A DNA stretch of 64,000 bases from an uncultured Alphaproteobacteria bacterium (GCA_963723335.1 CAVRQJ010000008.1:6915-70914); one strand, 5' to 3'; numbered from the stretch's first letter, positions 28,097-40,651 are shown. A program made the numbers and translations. The notes: generated by a model not told the origin, from the letters alone.

Positions 28097-28723
28097 ATGA
28101 TGAGGCTGGGAAAAATGGCAAACCTGCGAATACTCATTCCGTGCATCGCGGCGGCGATCCTCTGCATCGCTCCCGTGCACCTGTCGGCACAGCAACCGGG
28201 GATTTTCCAGTATCCGGTCACGGCGAAGGACGTCGACCCCGGCGTCGATCATGGCAATTCGGACGCCAGCCTGCCGGACGAATTCCGCAAGCAGATGGTG
28301 TTCTACCGTTCGCAGCAGCCGCCCGGCACCATCATCATCGATACCCAGGAACGTCACCTCTACCTGATCAAGGACGAGACGCACGCGATGCGCTATGGCA
28401 TCGGCGTCGGCCGTGACGGCTTCACCTGGCAAGGCCTGTTGCAGATTTCGCGCAAGGCCGAGTGGCCGGATTGGCATCCGCCGCCTGAGATGATCGAGCG
28501 ACAGCCGTATCTGCCGCGCTTCATGGCCGGCGGCCCGGGCAATCCGCTCGGCGCGCGCGCCATGTATCTCGGCAACACGGTCTATCGCATCCACGGCACC
28601 AACGCGCCGGAGACCATCGGCCAGGCCGTTTCGTCCGGCTGCTTCCGTCTCGTCAACGACGACGTGATGGATTTGTATGACCGGGTGCAGGTCGGCACCC
28701 ACGTCATCGTGCGGCAGGATTGA
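28097..28723 (+). CDS. L,D-transpeptidase (YkuD domain)
   Basis: RYGIGVGRDGFTW...NPLGARAMYLGNTVYRIHGTN...SSGCFRL (catalytic His and Cys). Confidence 0.9.
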   Translation: MMRLGKMANLRILIPCIAAAILCIAPVHLSAQQPGIFQYPVTAKDVDPGVDHGNSDASLPDEFRKQMVFYRSQQPPGTIIIDTQERHLYLIKDETHAMRYGIGVGRDGFTWQGLLQISRKAEWPDWHPPPEMIERQPYLPRFMAGGPGNPLGARAMYLGNTVYRIHGTNAPETIGQAVSSGCFRLVNDDVMDLYDRVQVGTHVIVRQD

Positions 28724-28728
28724 TTTTT

Positions 28729-28810
28729 CGTCATTGCGAGCGAAGCGAAGCAATCCAGTTGCGGCTATGCCGCGCTGGATTGCTTCGTCGTTTCACTTCT
28801 CGCAATGACG
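28729..28810. repeat. REP/MITE-like element, family A
   Basis: CGTCATTGCGAGCGAAGCGAAGCAATCCAG...CTGGATTGCTTCG...CTCGCAATGACG, between convergent genes. Confidence 0.85.
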
Positions 28811-28811
28811 A

Positions 28812-29537
28812 TTAGTGCTTTGCCGACGCCGCGGCGCCAGCAACCGACTGCGCAGTTTGCCCGAACAGGATGGCGCGTTCCTCCGCGGTGCGGATACCGC
28901 CCTGGCCGGGATTGATCTTCGGCGTCCATTCGTAAGCCTTGACCACGGCGGGCCGCGCCTTGATCGCTTCGAACCAGCGCTTGAGATGCGGAAAGTCGGC
29001 GATGTTCTGGCCCTGGCGCTCCCACGGCACGATCCACGGATAGCAGGCCATGTCGGCGATCGAGTATTCGCCGGCGAGAAACTGATTGTCCGCAAGGCGC
29101 TTGTTCATCACGCCATAGAGCCGGTTGACCTCGTTGCGGTAGCGATCCATCGCGTATTGAATCTTGTCGGTAGCGTAATTGCTGAAGTGATTGTTCTGTC
29201 CCGACATCGGGCCGAGACCGCCCATCTGCCAGAACAGCCATTCGAGCGCCGCGGTGCGGCCGCGCAGATCCTTGGAAATAAATTTCCCGGTCTTGTCGGC
29301 GAGATAAAGCAGGATCGCGCCGGATTCGAAAACCGAAATGGGCTTGCCGCCGCCGGCCGGTTTGTCATCGACGATGGCGGGGATGCGGTTGTTCGGCGAC
29401 GACACCAGAAAGTCGGTCTTGAACTGCTCGCCTTTGCCGATATTCACCGGAGTAATTTTGTACTCCAGTCCGGCCTCTTCGAGAAAAATCGTAACCTTGT
29501 GGCCGTTCGGCGTGGTCCAATACAATACGTCGATCAT
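28812..29537 (-). CDS. glutathione S-transferase, Nu-class (YfcG/YghU-like)
   Basis: 241 aa from the internal ATG. TPNGHKVTIFLEE, NNRIPAIVD and ESGAILLYLA. Confidence 0.88.
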   Translation of the reverse strand: MIDVLYWTTPNGHKVTIFLEEAGLEYKITPVNIGKGEQFKTDFLVSSPNNRIPAIVDDKPAGGGKPISVFESGAILLYLADKTGKFISKDLRGRTAALEWLFWQMGGLGPMSGQNNHFSNYATDKIQYAMDRYRNEVNRLYGVMNKRLADNQFLAGEYSIADMACYPWIVPWERQGQNIADFPHLKRWFEAIKARPAVVKAYEWTPKINPGQGGIRTAEERAILFGQTAQSVAGAAASAKH

Positions 29538-29690
29538 GATAAGCCTGTGCGTGGGATGATGAGGTCGGCACACTAGCCTTTCAGCAACGCTTTATGGAAG
29601 CCCGGCATGCGCATCCCAGCCATCCGGCGCGGCGGCGTTGATTTTCACGGGACGTGACCGCGCGCGCCGCGATTGCTGCTGACGAGAGAC

Positions 29691-30950
29691 TTATTCCGCC
29701 GGCGCGAGCATGACGGAATGCCGTTCGGCAAGTCCGCACTTCACCGCGATGAAAAACAGCGGCAGGATGAACAGCGGCCCGAATTCGAGACCCGTCAGAT
29801 GCGCAAGCGATGCGCCGAACAGCGGGATCAACAGCAGCGCTGCGGAAGCAACAAAGAGCGGCAGTTCCGGCATGCGCCGGATGTCCGCGTCCTGCCAGAG
29901 CCACGCCACGACGAGAGCGCCGAACACGAGGTCGTAGTCCTGAAGATACGGCGTCGCCAGGCAGGTGCCGAGCAAGAGCGTCGCATTGCGAATGCCGAAG
30001 GACGCGTCGCGAAACCACACCGCCGCCACCGCAAGTGCGGCGAAGCCCGCAAATATCGCCTGCACGGCATAGGCAACCGCCACGTCAGCGCCCAGCCGTC
30101 GCGCCGCGACAAAGACCGACAGGCTTCGGTGCCATACGCCGGTGCCGTCTTCGAGACTGAACTGCCTGATGAGTGCCAGACGTTGCAGGTAATCAGCGAA
30201 TATATCCGGTCCGAGCCAAAGCAGGCTGATGGCGACGAGTCCGCCCGCGGTCGCCGCCGCAGCAGCACAAGCCTGCCAGCGCCGTCCGGCGATCAAGGCC
30301 ACGGGGATGAAAATGCCAAGCTGTGGCTTGTAGATGAGCATGCCCAGCAAACTTCCCGCGAGGATTGGACGCCGGTCGAGCAAACCAAGGCCGCCGCCGA
30401 ACAAAGCCGCGGTCCACGTTCCCGCCTGGCCGGCGACGGCATTGACGAAGACCGCGGGCGTTGCGAGCGCGAGCAGAAGCGTGCGGCCGCGCGGCATGGC
30501 GAGCCGCAACGCGCGATAGAACGCGAACCAGCTCACGGAAATCCAAAGCACGAAGCCGGGGATGTAGGGCAGGAACGCGAGTGGCGCGGTCAGCACCAGC
30601 AGCATCGGCGGGTAGCTGTAATTGTAACCCTGAAGATGCTCGCCGACGATGGTCTGCTCGAACGCGTGGAAAGCGTCGAAATTATAGATTTCAGATGCGC
30701 GCTGGTGCAGCGCAAGGAATGGGCCCGACCAGAAATTGATAAAGTCGTCGCCGAACGGCCGCTGAATTCCGTCGGTCAGACCCTCATGCGTCTGCCGCAA
30801 CAAATCGGCGATATAAACGATGGCTGCCACCGCGACGAAGACGCGGGCAGTCCGCTCGACCAGCCCAGGCAAAAATAGCGCGGGACGCGCGCGCGGCGGC
30901 GCTTTCGCGCCGGCATCCTGGACGCCCGTCAAGCTTTCGCGCATGGCCAT
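29691..30950 (-). CDS. GT87/DUF2029 family integral-membrane glycosuyltransferase (paralog of 20460-21809)
   Basis: 419 aa, polytopic. GDDFINFW...YPPM and GQAGTWTAALFGGGLGLLDRRPILAGSLLGMLIYKPQ. Confidence 0.75.
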   Translation of the reverse strand: MAMRESLTGVQDAGAKAPPRARPALFLPGLVERTARVFVAVAAIVYIADLLRQTHEGLTDGIQRPFGDDFINFWSGPFLALHQRASEIYNFDAFHAFEQTIVGEHLQGYNYSYPPMLLVLTAPLAFLPYIPGFVLWISVSWFAFYRALRLAMPRGRTLLLALATPAVFVNAVAGQAGTWTAALFGGGLGLLDRRPILAGSLLGMLIYKPQLGIFIPVALIAGRRWQACAAAAATAGGLVAISLLWLGPDIFADYLQRLALIRQFSLEDGTGVWHRSLSVFVAARRLGADVAVAYAVQAIFAGFAALAVAAVWFRDASFGIRNATLLLGTCLATPYLQDYDLVFGALVVAWLWQDADIRRMPELPLFVASAALLLIPLFGASLAHLTGLEFGPLFILPLFFIAVKCGLAERHSVMLAPAE

Positions 30951-31146
30951 GGCGCCGATGACAGCCGATTTGCCTTACGATCAGGTAAAATCGCTGAATT
31001 CATCCGCAACGATGCGGGCATTTTACATTTCCTCATAACGGCCGGGAAACCACGCCTGACAATCCGCACTGCGCCAGCGGGTTCTCGTCGCGCGCGCTTA
31101 ACAGGTACGCGGTTACAAGACTGTCGGAAAAACCGGACCGTCCGCC

Positions 31147-31740
31147 ATGGATACGATGCGCTTTCTCGGCCTCGCCGGGATCATGTTCGCCGCCGTCTTT
31201 CTCGGCATGAGCTGGCTGTTCACGGTGCACCCGCTGCAGCCCGACGCGCGGCTGCCGACCTTCCAGCGCGTCGATACCAACGATCCACGATACAAGCTCG
31301 AACAATCGTCGGTGAGCGACAACGATCCGACGCGCGACAGCCTGCGCAATGCCGTGCTCGGCGAAGCCAAGTCGCTCGCCGACGATCCGTGCAATTCGAA
31401 TTTCAAGGCCACTTACATAAAAGCCGTGAACGCCTATGCGCGCGCATGGATCAGCATTGCGCCGTGCCTCGGGACGCACACCTGCGGTTCATCGGATTCG
31501 GCAAAGCTCGATCGCGCCGCACAAGCCTTCGGCTCGCCGCTCGACCATCGCCTGCGCGAACTCATGCGGAGAATCCACGACAAACGCATTTTCGGACCAC
31601 ATGATTTTCCCGGCGAGCTCGCGCAGTTCGTCGCCACCATGGCGGGCGACGCCAGGATCAATCCGCGCGCCGAAGAGTTCAGGAAAATCGCGGCCGGAAT
31701 GGACGATTCGGCGGGACCGGATTGCAGCGCGGTCAGATGA
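31147..31740 (+). CDS. hypothetical N-terminally membrane-anchored protein
   Basis: 197 aa. TM segment FLGLAGIMFAAVFLGMSWLF. Four Cys. No family recognised. Confidence 0.6.
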   Translation: MDTMRFLGLAGIMFAAVFLGMSWLFTVHPLQPDARLPTFQRVDTNDPRYKLEQSSVSDNDPTRDSLRNAVLGEAKSLADDPCNSNFKATYIKAVNAYARAWISIAPCLGTHTCGSSDSAKLDRAAQAFGSPLDHRLRELMRRIHDKRIFGPHDFPGELAQFVATMAGDARINPRAEEFRKIAAGMDDSAGPDCSAVR

Positions 31741-32361
31741 TCGGCGTATGCCGAACTCTGCTGGTGCTGGCGCTCGCCGCCATCGCCTTCGAAATCATCT
31801 TTTTTCCGCGCACCATTCACCGCGCCCTTGATCCCGACGAGCCGATCGCGGCCGACGGCTCGATGATCGCAGGCAAGGCCCGCACGATCTACGATACCAA
31901 TCCACTGCTCGGGGCGTTTGGCGAACGTCCGCGGCCCGATCCGGACGATCCCAAGGAGTTCGGGTGGCTGATCGAGAACGACAGATGGTTCGCCGGTCGC
32001 GACCGCGACACGATTGCCAAGCTCATCGGACCGCTCGACGCCGCGCGCTGCGCGGATGTTGCGCGCAAGGAATTGATCGCGGCGGTGCACACCTATTACG
32101 GCACGCGGGGCCGCGAGAAACACAGCTTCTCGCTGCGCGGACCACGCGCCCAAGCGGCGATCGAGCAGGAATGGTCGACGCCTGCTGACCAGCGCATCGA
32201 CGAGTTCGTGCGGCGTGCCGTTCAGTCAGGATTTCTGCATAAACAAGAACGAGATCCCGGCCAACGTCTATCCGGAATTCGCCAGGGTGTTCGCCAATAC
32301 CCTGGAGGTCGGCGCCGCCTGCCCGCCGCTGAAGGTCGAACGCAACTTCGACAAGCTGTAG
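31737..32361 (+). CDS. hypothetical membrane-anchored protein with an apparent +1 frame change near 32215-32230
   Basis: ATGA overlap with the upstream stop. High GC3 moves from phase 0 to phase 1 at about 32220 and ends at TAG 32359-32361. The ORF-track continuation to 32408 is Arg/Gly-rich with low GC3. Confidence 0.5.
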
Positions 32362-32440
32362 CGGCGCCTGTCATTGCGCCTGCTTTGCCGAAGCGGCAAC
32401 CATGCTAGGCTTGTGGCCCTATATTGCAGGGACAGGAACC

Positions 32441-32740
32441 ATGATCACCGAAATCGCGCAGATCGACATCAAGCCGGGGATGGAATCGGAGTTCGAAACC
32501 GGCGTGAAAAATGCCGCGCCGGTCTTCAAGCGCGCCAAGGGTTGCCACGGCCTGGCGCTGGATCGCTCGATCGAGAAGCCGAGCCGCTACCGCTTGTTCG
32601 TCACCTGGGAGACGGTGGAAAATCATACGGTGGATTTCCGCGGCTCGGCGGATTTCCAGGAATGGCGCAAGCACGTCGCCCATTGCTTCGCCTCGCCGCC
32701 CGAGGTCGAGCATATCACACAAGTGATGCGGGCTTTTTAG
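32441..32740 (+). CDS. antibiotic biosynthesis monooxygenase (ABM) domain protein
   Basis: 99 aa from the internal ATG. Ferredoxin-like pattern MITEIAQIDIKPG...RYRLFVTWETVENH. Confidence 0.75.
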   Translation: MITEIAQIDIKPGMESEFETGVKNAAPVFKRAKGCHGLALDRSIEKPSRYRLFVTWETVENHTVDFRGSADFQEWRKHVAHCFASPPEVEHITQVMRAF

Positions 32741-33969
32741 GCGCGCGCCTTTTCCACGTTCGCGATACGCTCCGGAACGCCGAATTCCCGGCGGCAGACT
32801 TCGGCGAGCGCCGCCACGCCGGCGCGGATCGCGTCATGCGATGCATTGGCGAAGCACAGCCGCGTGCGGCTCTTCGCGTAGGCCTTGTCGGTCGCCCATT
32901 CCGGGCCGGGATTGATGGCGACGCCGGCGGCCAGCGCCGGCGCAAACAGCTTTTGCGTGTCGACTTGATCCGGCAGCTTGACCCACAGGAAGATGCCGCC
33001 TTTAGGATCCTCGAATTCAGCCGCAGTGCCGAACTGCTCGTTGAGCGCATCCATCAGCGTTTCGAGTTTCGCACGCAGGCCGCGCGTCAGTTCCGGCACA
33101 TGGGTATCGAAATGCGCGGGACAGAATTCGCCGAGCACCATCTGTTCGAGCGCGCCGGAACCGGCGTCAGTCTTGATCGCGAGCATGCGTGCGATCAAAT
33201 CCCAGCCGGCGACGATATAGCCGACGCGCAGCGCGGGTGCGATCGATTTGGAAAATGAGCCTACATGGATGACGTTGCCGGTCTTGCTCATGGCATGAAG
33301 CGCCGGCGGGCGGCGTCCGTCCCAGATCAGGTCGGCGTAGCAATCGTCCTCGAAGATCGGCACGCCATATTGTTCGGCGAGACGCAGCATTTCGTGCCGG
33401 CGCGCCTCGCTTAAGATCGTGCCGGTCGGATTTTGCACGGTCGGGATGGTGTAAATGTATTTCGGCCGGATCGAGCGGTCCCTGAGCTCGTCGAGCGTAT
33501 CGGCGAGCACATCCATGCGCATGCCGTCGCCATCGAGCGGAATGCCAACGGCGTTGACACCGAGCCTGGCAAGCCGCGTCAGCGCACCCTGATAGCTTGC
33601 CTGCTCGATGATGACGGTATCGCCCGGCGCAAGCAGGATGCCGTTGACCAGATCGAGCGCCTGCAGCGATCCGGAGGTAATGAGGATTTCATCCGCGGTG
33701 CAGGTCATGCCGGCATTGCGTTTGAGCTTTTGCGCGAGAAATTCGCGCAGCGGCCGGTAGCCTTGCGGCCCGCTGGCAAGGCCGTAGGTCGCAAGCGTCC
33801 TGCCCTCACGAGTGAGGACATCGTTCATCGCCTTGATCAATGCATCGAGCGGCAGTTCGTCCGCGTCATTGTGGCCGCCGACAAAATTGTATTTGGGAAA
33901 GCCGTTCCACTTGACCGCAGGCGGCGGCAGTTTTGGGGCCAATAGCGGCGCGAAGTCGAATGCGGTCAT
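32737..33969 (-). CDS. PLP-dependent aminotransferase (class I/II, aminoadipate/MocR-type catalytic domain)
   Basis: 410 aa. YGLASGPQGYRPLRE, PTVQNPTG and SFSKSIAPALRVGY (Lys-PLP). Confidence 0.85.
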   Translation of the reverse strand: MTAFDFAPLLAPKLPPPAVKWNGFPKYNFVGGHNDADELPLDALIKAMNDVLTREGRTLATYGLASGPQGYRPLREFLAQKLKRNAGMTCTADEILITSGSLQALDLVNGILLAPGDTVIIEQASYQGALTRLARLGVNAVGIPLDGDGMRMDVLADTLDELRDRSIRPKYIYTIPTVQNPTGTILSEARRHEMLRLAEQYGVPIFEDDCYADLIWDGRRPPALHAMSKTGNVIHVGSFSKSIAPALRVGYIVAGWDLIARMLAIKTDAGSGALEQMVLGEFCPAHFDTHVPELTRGLRAKLETLMDALNEQFGTAAEFEDPKGGIFLWVKLPDQVDTQKLFAPALAAGVAINPGPEWATDKAYAKSRTRLCFANASHDAIRAGVAALAEVCRREFGVPERIANVEKARA

Positions 33970-34002
33970 GGATGCCTCTTCTCCCTTTGCCGAATCCTAG
34001 CG

Positions 34003-34092
34003 CGTCACAGCCGGGCTTGTCCCGGCCATCCACGTCTTTTATCAGCTATGGCCTGAAGACGTGGATGCCCGTGACAAATAAGGGCATGACGG
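34003..34092. repeat. REP/MITE-like element, family D
   Basis: CGTCACAGCCGGGCTTGTCCCGGCCATCCACGTCTTT...AAGACGTGGATGCCCGTGAC...GGGCATGACGG. Confidence 0.8.
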
Positions 34093-34106
34093 GGAGAGAG
34101 GACATA

Positions 34107-35069
34107 ATGCGCCGCCTTCAGGTCATGATCGTCTTCCTCGCCTGCGCCTTCGCAAGCAACGCGGCGGCGGAATATCCCGATCATCCGATCCGCATGATCG
34201 TGCCGCAGGCCGCGGGCAGTTCCACCGATACGCTGACGCGCGTCCTCGCCGCCGCCTTGGCCACCGAACTCGGCCAGCAGGTCGTCGTCGACGACCGCCC
34301 CGGAGGCGCGCTGACCCTCGGCCTCGACATTACGGCGAAATCGCCGCCGGACGGCTACACGCTGTGCATGGGACCGATCGGCGCGCTCGCCATCACGCGC
34401 CACATGGTGGTGCCGCTGCCCTATGACGTCGAGCGCGACTTTCAGCCGATTGCGCAGGTGTCGCGCGGCCAGTTGCTGCTCGCCGTGTCGCCGACGACAC
34501 CATTCCATTCGGTGACGGAGCTCATCGCCTACGCGAAGCAGAATCCGGGAAAGCTCCTCAACGCATCGTCGAGCAACGGCTCGCCCGGCCATGTCGGCGG
34601 CGAGCTCTTCAAGTTCATGACCGGAACCGACATCGTTCACGTGCCTTACAAAGGCGGCGCGCCGGCGATCAACGATCTGATCGCGGGGCGCGTGCAGCTG
34701 ATGTTCGAGAGTCTCAACTCGATTGCGCCGTTCGCCCATTCCGGCGCGGTGCGGGCGCTTGGGGTGAGCGGCGAGCACCGCTCGCCCGCCTTTCCCGACC
34801 TGCCGACGATCGCCGAGGCCGGCGTGCCGGGTTACGCGGCGCCGACCTGGTCCGGCATCATCGCGCCGGCCGGCGTGCCGCGGCCGATCGTCGACAAGCT
34901 CAACGCCGCCATCAACAAGGCGCTCAAGTCGGACGGCATGTCCAAGTTTTACGCGACGGTCGGCGACGAACCCGCCGGCGGCACGCCCGAAGAATTCGCC
35001 GCGGTCATCGCGTCGGATTCCAAGAAATGGGGCGACGTGATCAAGCGCGCCGGGATCAAGCTGGAATAG
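34107..35069 (+). CDS. Bug-family (TctC-like) substrate-binding protein
   Basis: Signal peptide [40 protein letters not shown]. Confidence 0.88.
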   Translation: MRRLQVMIVFLACAFASNAAAEYPDHPIRMIVPQAAGSSTDTLTRVLAAALATELGQQVVVDDRPGGALTLGLDITAKSPPDGYTLCMGPIGALAITRHMVVPLPYDVERDFQPIAQVSRGQLLLAVSPTTPFHSVTELIAYAKQNPGKLLNASSSNGSPGHVGGELFKFMTGTDIVHVPYKGGAPAINDLIAGRVQLMFESLNSIAPFAHSGAVRALGVSGEHRSPAFPDLPTIAEAGVPGYAAPTWSGIIAPAGVPRPIVDKLNAAINKALKSDGMSKFYATVGDEPAGGTPEEFAAVIASDSKKWGDVIKRAGIKLE

Positions 35070-35077
35070 TTTTACCT

Positions 35078-35179
35078 CGTCATTCCGGAGCCGAGCAAAG
35101 CTCGGAACCCGGAATCCATAGTTGCCGGCCTGTGAGTATGGAATCCGGACTTGCCGCTGCGCGGCAATCTGGAATGACG
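35078..35179. repeat. REP/MITE-like element, family B
   Basis: CGTCATTCCGGAGCCGAGCAAAGCTCGGAACCCGGAATCC...GGACTTGCCGCTGCGCGGCAATCTGGAATGACG. Confidence 0.8.
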
Positions 35180-35230
35180 GCGGAGGGTGATGCACTTTCC
35201 TCTGCCCCAGACTCAACCCATATTGCGGTC

Positions 35231-38203
<2,973 letters not shown>

Positions 38204-38252
38204 CATGCGCCACCGGCAGACGAATCATTCATCCAGCATTGCGGAGGACGCC

Positions 38253-38399
38253 ATGGCGAAAGGCCAAATGCGAAGCAACAAGGAAAAGAAGAAACCGAAG
38301 CAGGACAAGAACAAAGCGAAGGGCGGCGCCGCGCCCTCTCCGTTCGCCAATATGCACAGCCAGAACTCACAGCCCGGCGGCTACGGCAAGAAGAACTGA
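38253..38399 (+). CDS. small Lys-rich hydrophilic protein (48 aa)
   Basis: Strong SD GGAGGA 5 nt upstream of the ATG. MAKGQMRSNKEKKKPKQDKNKAKGG. Confidence 0.6.
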   Translation: MAKGQMRSNKEKKKPKQDKNKAKGGAAPSPFANMHSQNSQPGGYGKKN

Positions 38400-38483
38400 G
38401 ATACCGTCAGCGGCGGCACGGCCCGGCGATAAGTCCGTCCGGGGCCACTCGCTGAACGCTGTGAGAAGAACAGGCGGGCGCGG

Positions 38484-38690
38484 ATGTCCGACATCGGTCT
38501 GGACTGGAGCCCGTTCGACTACGCCATCCTCGCCTTGATCATCGGCGCGCCCGGTCTCGTCATCGGCGCGACACTCGGCGCGATCGCGTGGCGGCGTCAC
38601 CGGCTGTGGGGCGCATTGCTCGGCGCCATTATCGGCTTTTTACTTTGGATCGGCGGCTTTGTGGCGTGGAAGGCGAGCCCGTGGGGGTGA
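38484..38690 (+). CDS. small two-TM membrane protein (68 aa)
   Basis: Two hydrophobic segments (ILALIIGAPGLVIGATLGAIAW and ALLGAIIGFLLWIGGFVAW). Confidence 0.5.
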   Translation: MSDIGLDWSPFDYAILALIIGAPGLVIGATLGAIAWRRHRLWGALLGAIIGFLLWIGGFVAWKASPWG

Positions 38691-38774
38691 AATAGCAGGC
38701 AACATCTTCCTGCGCCCGTCGAAACTAAAGCCGACGTTGCTACGTACATCTTTACGCAGCACTGAGATTTGCGC

Positions 38775-39908
38775 ATGGCCGCCGACTCCACCTCCTTCTA
38801 CGCCACCGTCCCGGTCAGCCGCCGCTTCCGCAGCCTGATGGACCCGGCGCGCTATACGCCGCTGCCGGGCGACTGGGTCGTCGGCATGGCCGACGTCGTG
38901 GAATCGACCAAGGCGATCGCGGCGAAGCGCTACAAGGCCGTCAACATGGCGGGCGCCGCGGTGATCGCGTCGGTGACCAACGTGCTCGGCGGCCGCGAAT
39001 TTCCCTTCGTGTTCGGCGGCGACGGCGCGAGCTTTGCGGTGCCGCCACGCGATGCCGAAACGGCGCAACAGGCGCTGGCGGCGACCGCGGCCTGGGCCGA
39101 TAGCGAGCTTGGCCTTAATTTGCGGGTCGCGCTGATCCCGGTCGCGGCGATCCGCGCGCAACAACGCGACGTGCGCGTGGCGCGCTACGGGCCGTCGGAG
39201 AACCTGTCCTACGCGATGTTCTCGGGCGGCGGGCTGGCCTGGGCCGACGCCGCCATCAAGCGCGGCGAATTCGCCGTGACGCCGGCGCCGCCGGGCACCT
39301 GGCCCGATCTCACCGGCCTGTCGTGCCGGTTCGAGCAATTCCCTGCCGCGCACGGGCTTATCCTTGCCGCGCTGGTGCTGCCGGCACCGAATGCCGATCC
39401 GGCCGCATTTCGCGCGCTCACCGAAGAGATCGTCGCGTTGGTCGAAGACAGCACCGATGCCGGCGGCCCGCTGCCGGTGAACGGTCCCGCGATGCGCTGG
39501 CCGCCGCAGGGCGTCGAACTCGAGACTCACGCCAAGCCCGGCGCGACACGCTTCGGCGTGCTGGCGAAGACGCTGCTATATTTCCTGATCATGCGGTCGG
39601 GCCTGCGCATCGGCGGCTTCAAGCCAGCGGTCTATCTGCGGCAAGTCGTGGAGAATTCCGATTTCCGCAAATACGACGATGGGCTGCGCATGATCATCGA
39701 CTGCACGCCCGCGCTTGCTGACACGATCGAGCGGCGGCTTGGCGCGGCGGCGGGAACGGCGCGCTACGGCCTGCACCGGCAGGACGCCGCCATGATGACG
39801 TGCTTCACGCCGTCACCCGCGCGCAGCGATCATGTGCATTTCATCGACGGCGCGCAGGGCGGCTATGCCGCCGCCGCGACCGCGCTCAAAGCGGCAATTG
39901 CGGCTTAA
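38775..39908 (+). CDS. DUF3095 family protein (class III nucleotidyl-cyclase-like N-terminal fold)
   Basis: About 377 aa. VVGMADVVESTKAI...FPFVFGGDGASFAV keeps two Asp at the expected metal-binding positions. Confidence 0.7.
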   Translation: MAADSTSFYATVPVSRRFRSLMDPARYTPLPGDWVVGMADVVESTKAIAAKRYKAVNMAGAAVIASVTNVLGGREFPFVFGGDGASFAVPPRDAETAQQALAATAAWADSELGLNLRVALIPVAAIRAQQRDVRVARYGPSENLSYAMFSGGGLAWADAAIKRGEFAVTPAPPGTWPDLTGLSCRFEQFPAAHGLILAALVLPAPNADPAAFRALTEEIVALVEDSTDAGGPLPVNGPAMRWPPQGVELETHAKPGATRFGVLAKTLLYFLIMRSGLRIGGFKPAVYLRQVVENSDFRKYDDGLRMIIDCTPALADTIERRLGAAAGTARYGLHRQDAAMMTCFTPSPARSDHVHFIDGAQGGYAAAATALKAAIAA

Positions 39909-40414
39909 CGCGTCAGCGCCGCGGCACCGGCGCCGGCGGCTTGCGCGTCCTGCGAGGACAGCGCGCCGGAGATACCGATGGCGCCGATGATCTTGCCGTC
40001 GACGACAATCAGGACACCGCCTTCGAGCGGGGTGATGTCCTTGAGTGCAAGCAGCCGCATGCCGGCGCCGCCGGCGGCGATGGCGTCGTCGAGCGCCTTG
40101 CTCGGGCGCTTGAACTCAAGCGCGGTGCGCGCCTTGCCCTCGGACACGGTCGCGGCGGAGAGCTGCGCATTGTCGATCTTGTGGAACATCACGGGGTTGC
40201 CGCCACTGTCGAGAATGGTGATCGCCACCTGCCAGGAATTCTTCGCCGCTTCGAGCTCGGCCGCGGCCATGACGCGCTTGGCCTGATCGAGCGTGATCGG
40301 GGGCCCGTAAGGCGGCATCGGCGCCGGGGCGGGAGGCTGTTGCGCAACAGCCGGGCCGGCCGCGAGAGCCAAGGCGCTGGCAACCGCGCAGGCGAGCGTA
40401 AACATTCGAAACAT
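39905..40414 (-). CDS. GlcG/HbpS-like heme-binding protein (DUF336), secreted
   Basis: Signal peptide MFRMFTLACAVASALALAAGPAVA. GGVLIVVDGKIIGAIGISG motif. Confidence 0.85.
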   Translation of the reverse strand: MFRMFTLACAVASALALAAGPAVAQQPPAPAPMPPYGPPITLDQAKRVMAAAELEAAKNSWQVAITILDSGGNPVMFHKIDNAQLSAATVSEGKARTALEFKRPSKALDDAIAAGGAGMRLLALKDITPLEGGVLIVVDGKIIGAIGISGALSSQDAQAAGAGAAALTR

Positions 40415-40651
40415 CAATAGCCTCCAACACGATCCCGCCGAATCCGGCCGGCGCGGCGCACAATAAGCGGCAAAAGCGGCAGGTGGAAGTAAGACAATGG
40501 GGCGCTTCCAGGCCGCACCCCGTTGCCTCAATCCTCCCCCGTCCCGGCCGATTCAGCCTCGGCGAAACGTGATCGGCGCGCCCAGTGCGGCACCGCCGCG
40601 CATCCCTTATATTCCCGCGGGGATTTGCCCGTCCAAACAGGAGGCGCCGCC

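Noticed and set aside
21880-29537. GT87-GST as a duplicated two-gene module
   Set aside because: The two GSTs belong to clearly different classes (different N-terminal motifs and lengths), so the shared arrangement looks coincidental rather than a segmental duplication.
29673-30878. 401-aa plus-strand ORF
   Set aside because: Antisense shadow of the second GT87 paralog. Arg/Glu/Gln-rich with no motifs.
33933-34106. 58-aa N-terminal extension of the Bug protein ORF, and the similar 35027-35230 extension of uvrB
   Set aside because: The extensions run through family D and B repeat elements. Internal ATGs at 34107 and 35231 give a proper signal peptide or N-terminus.
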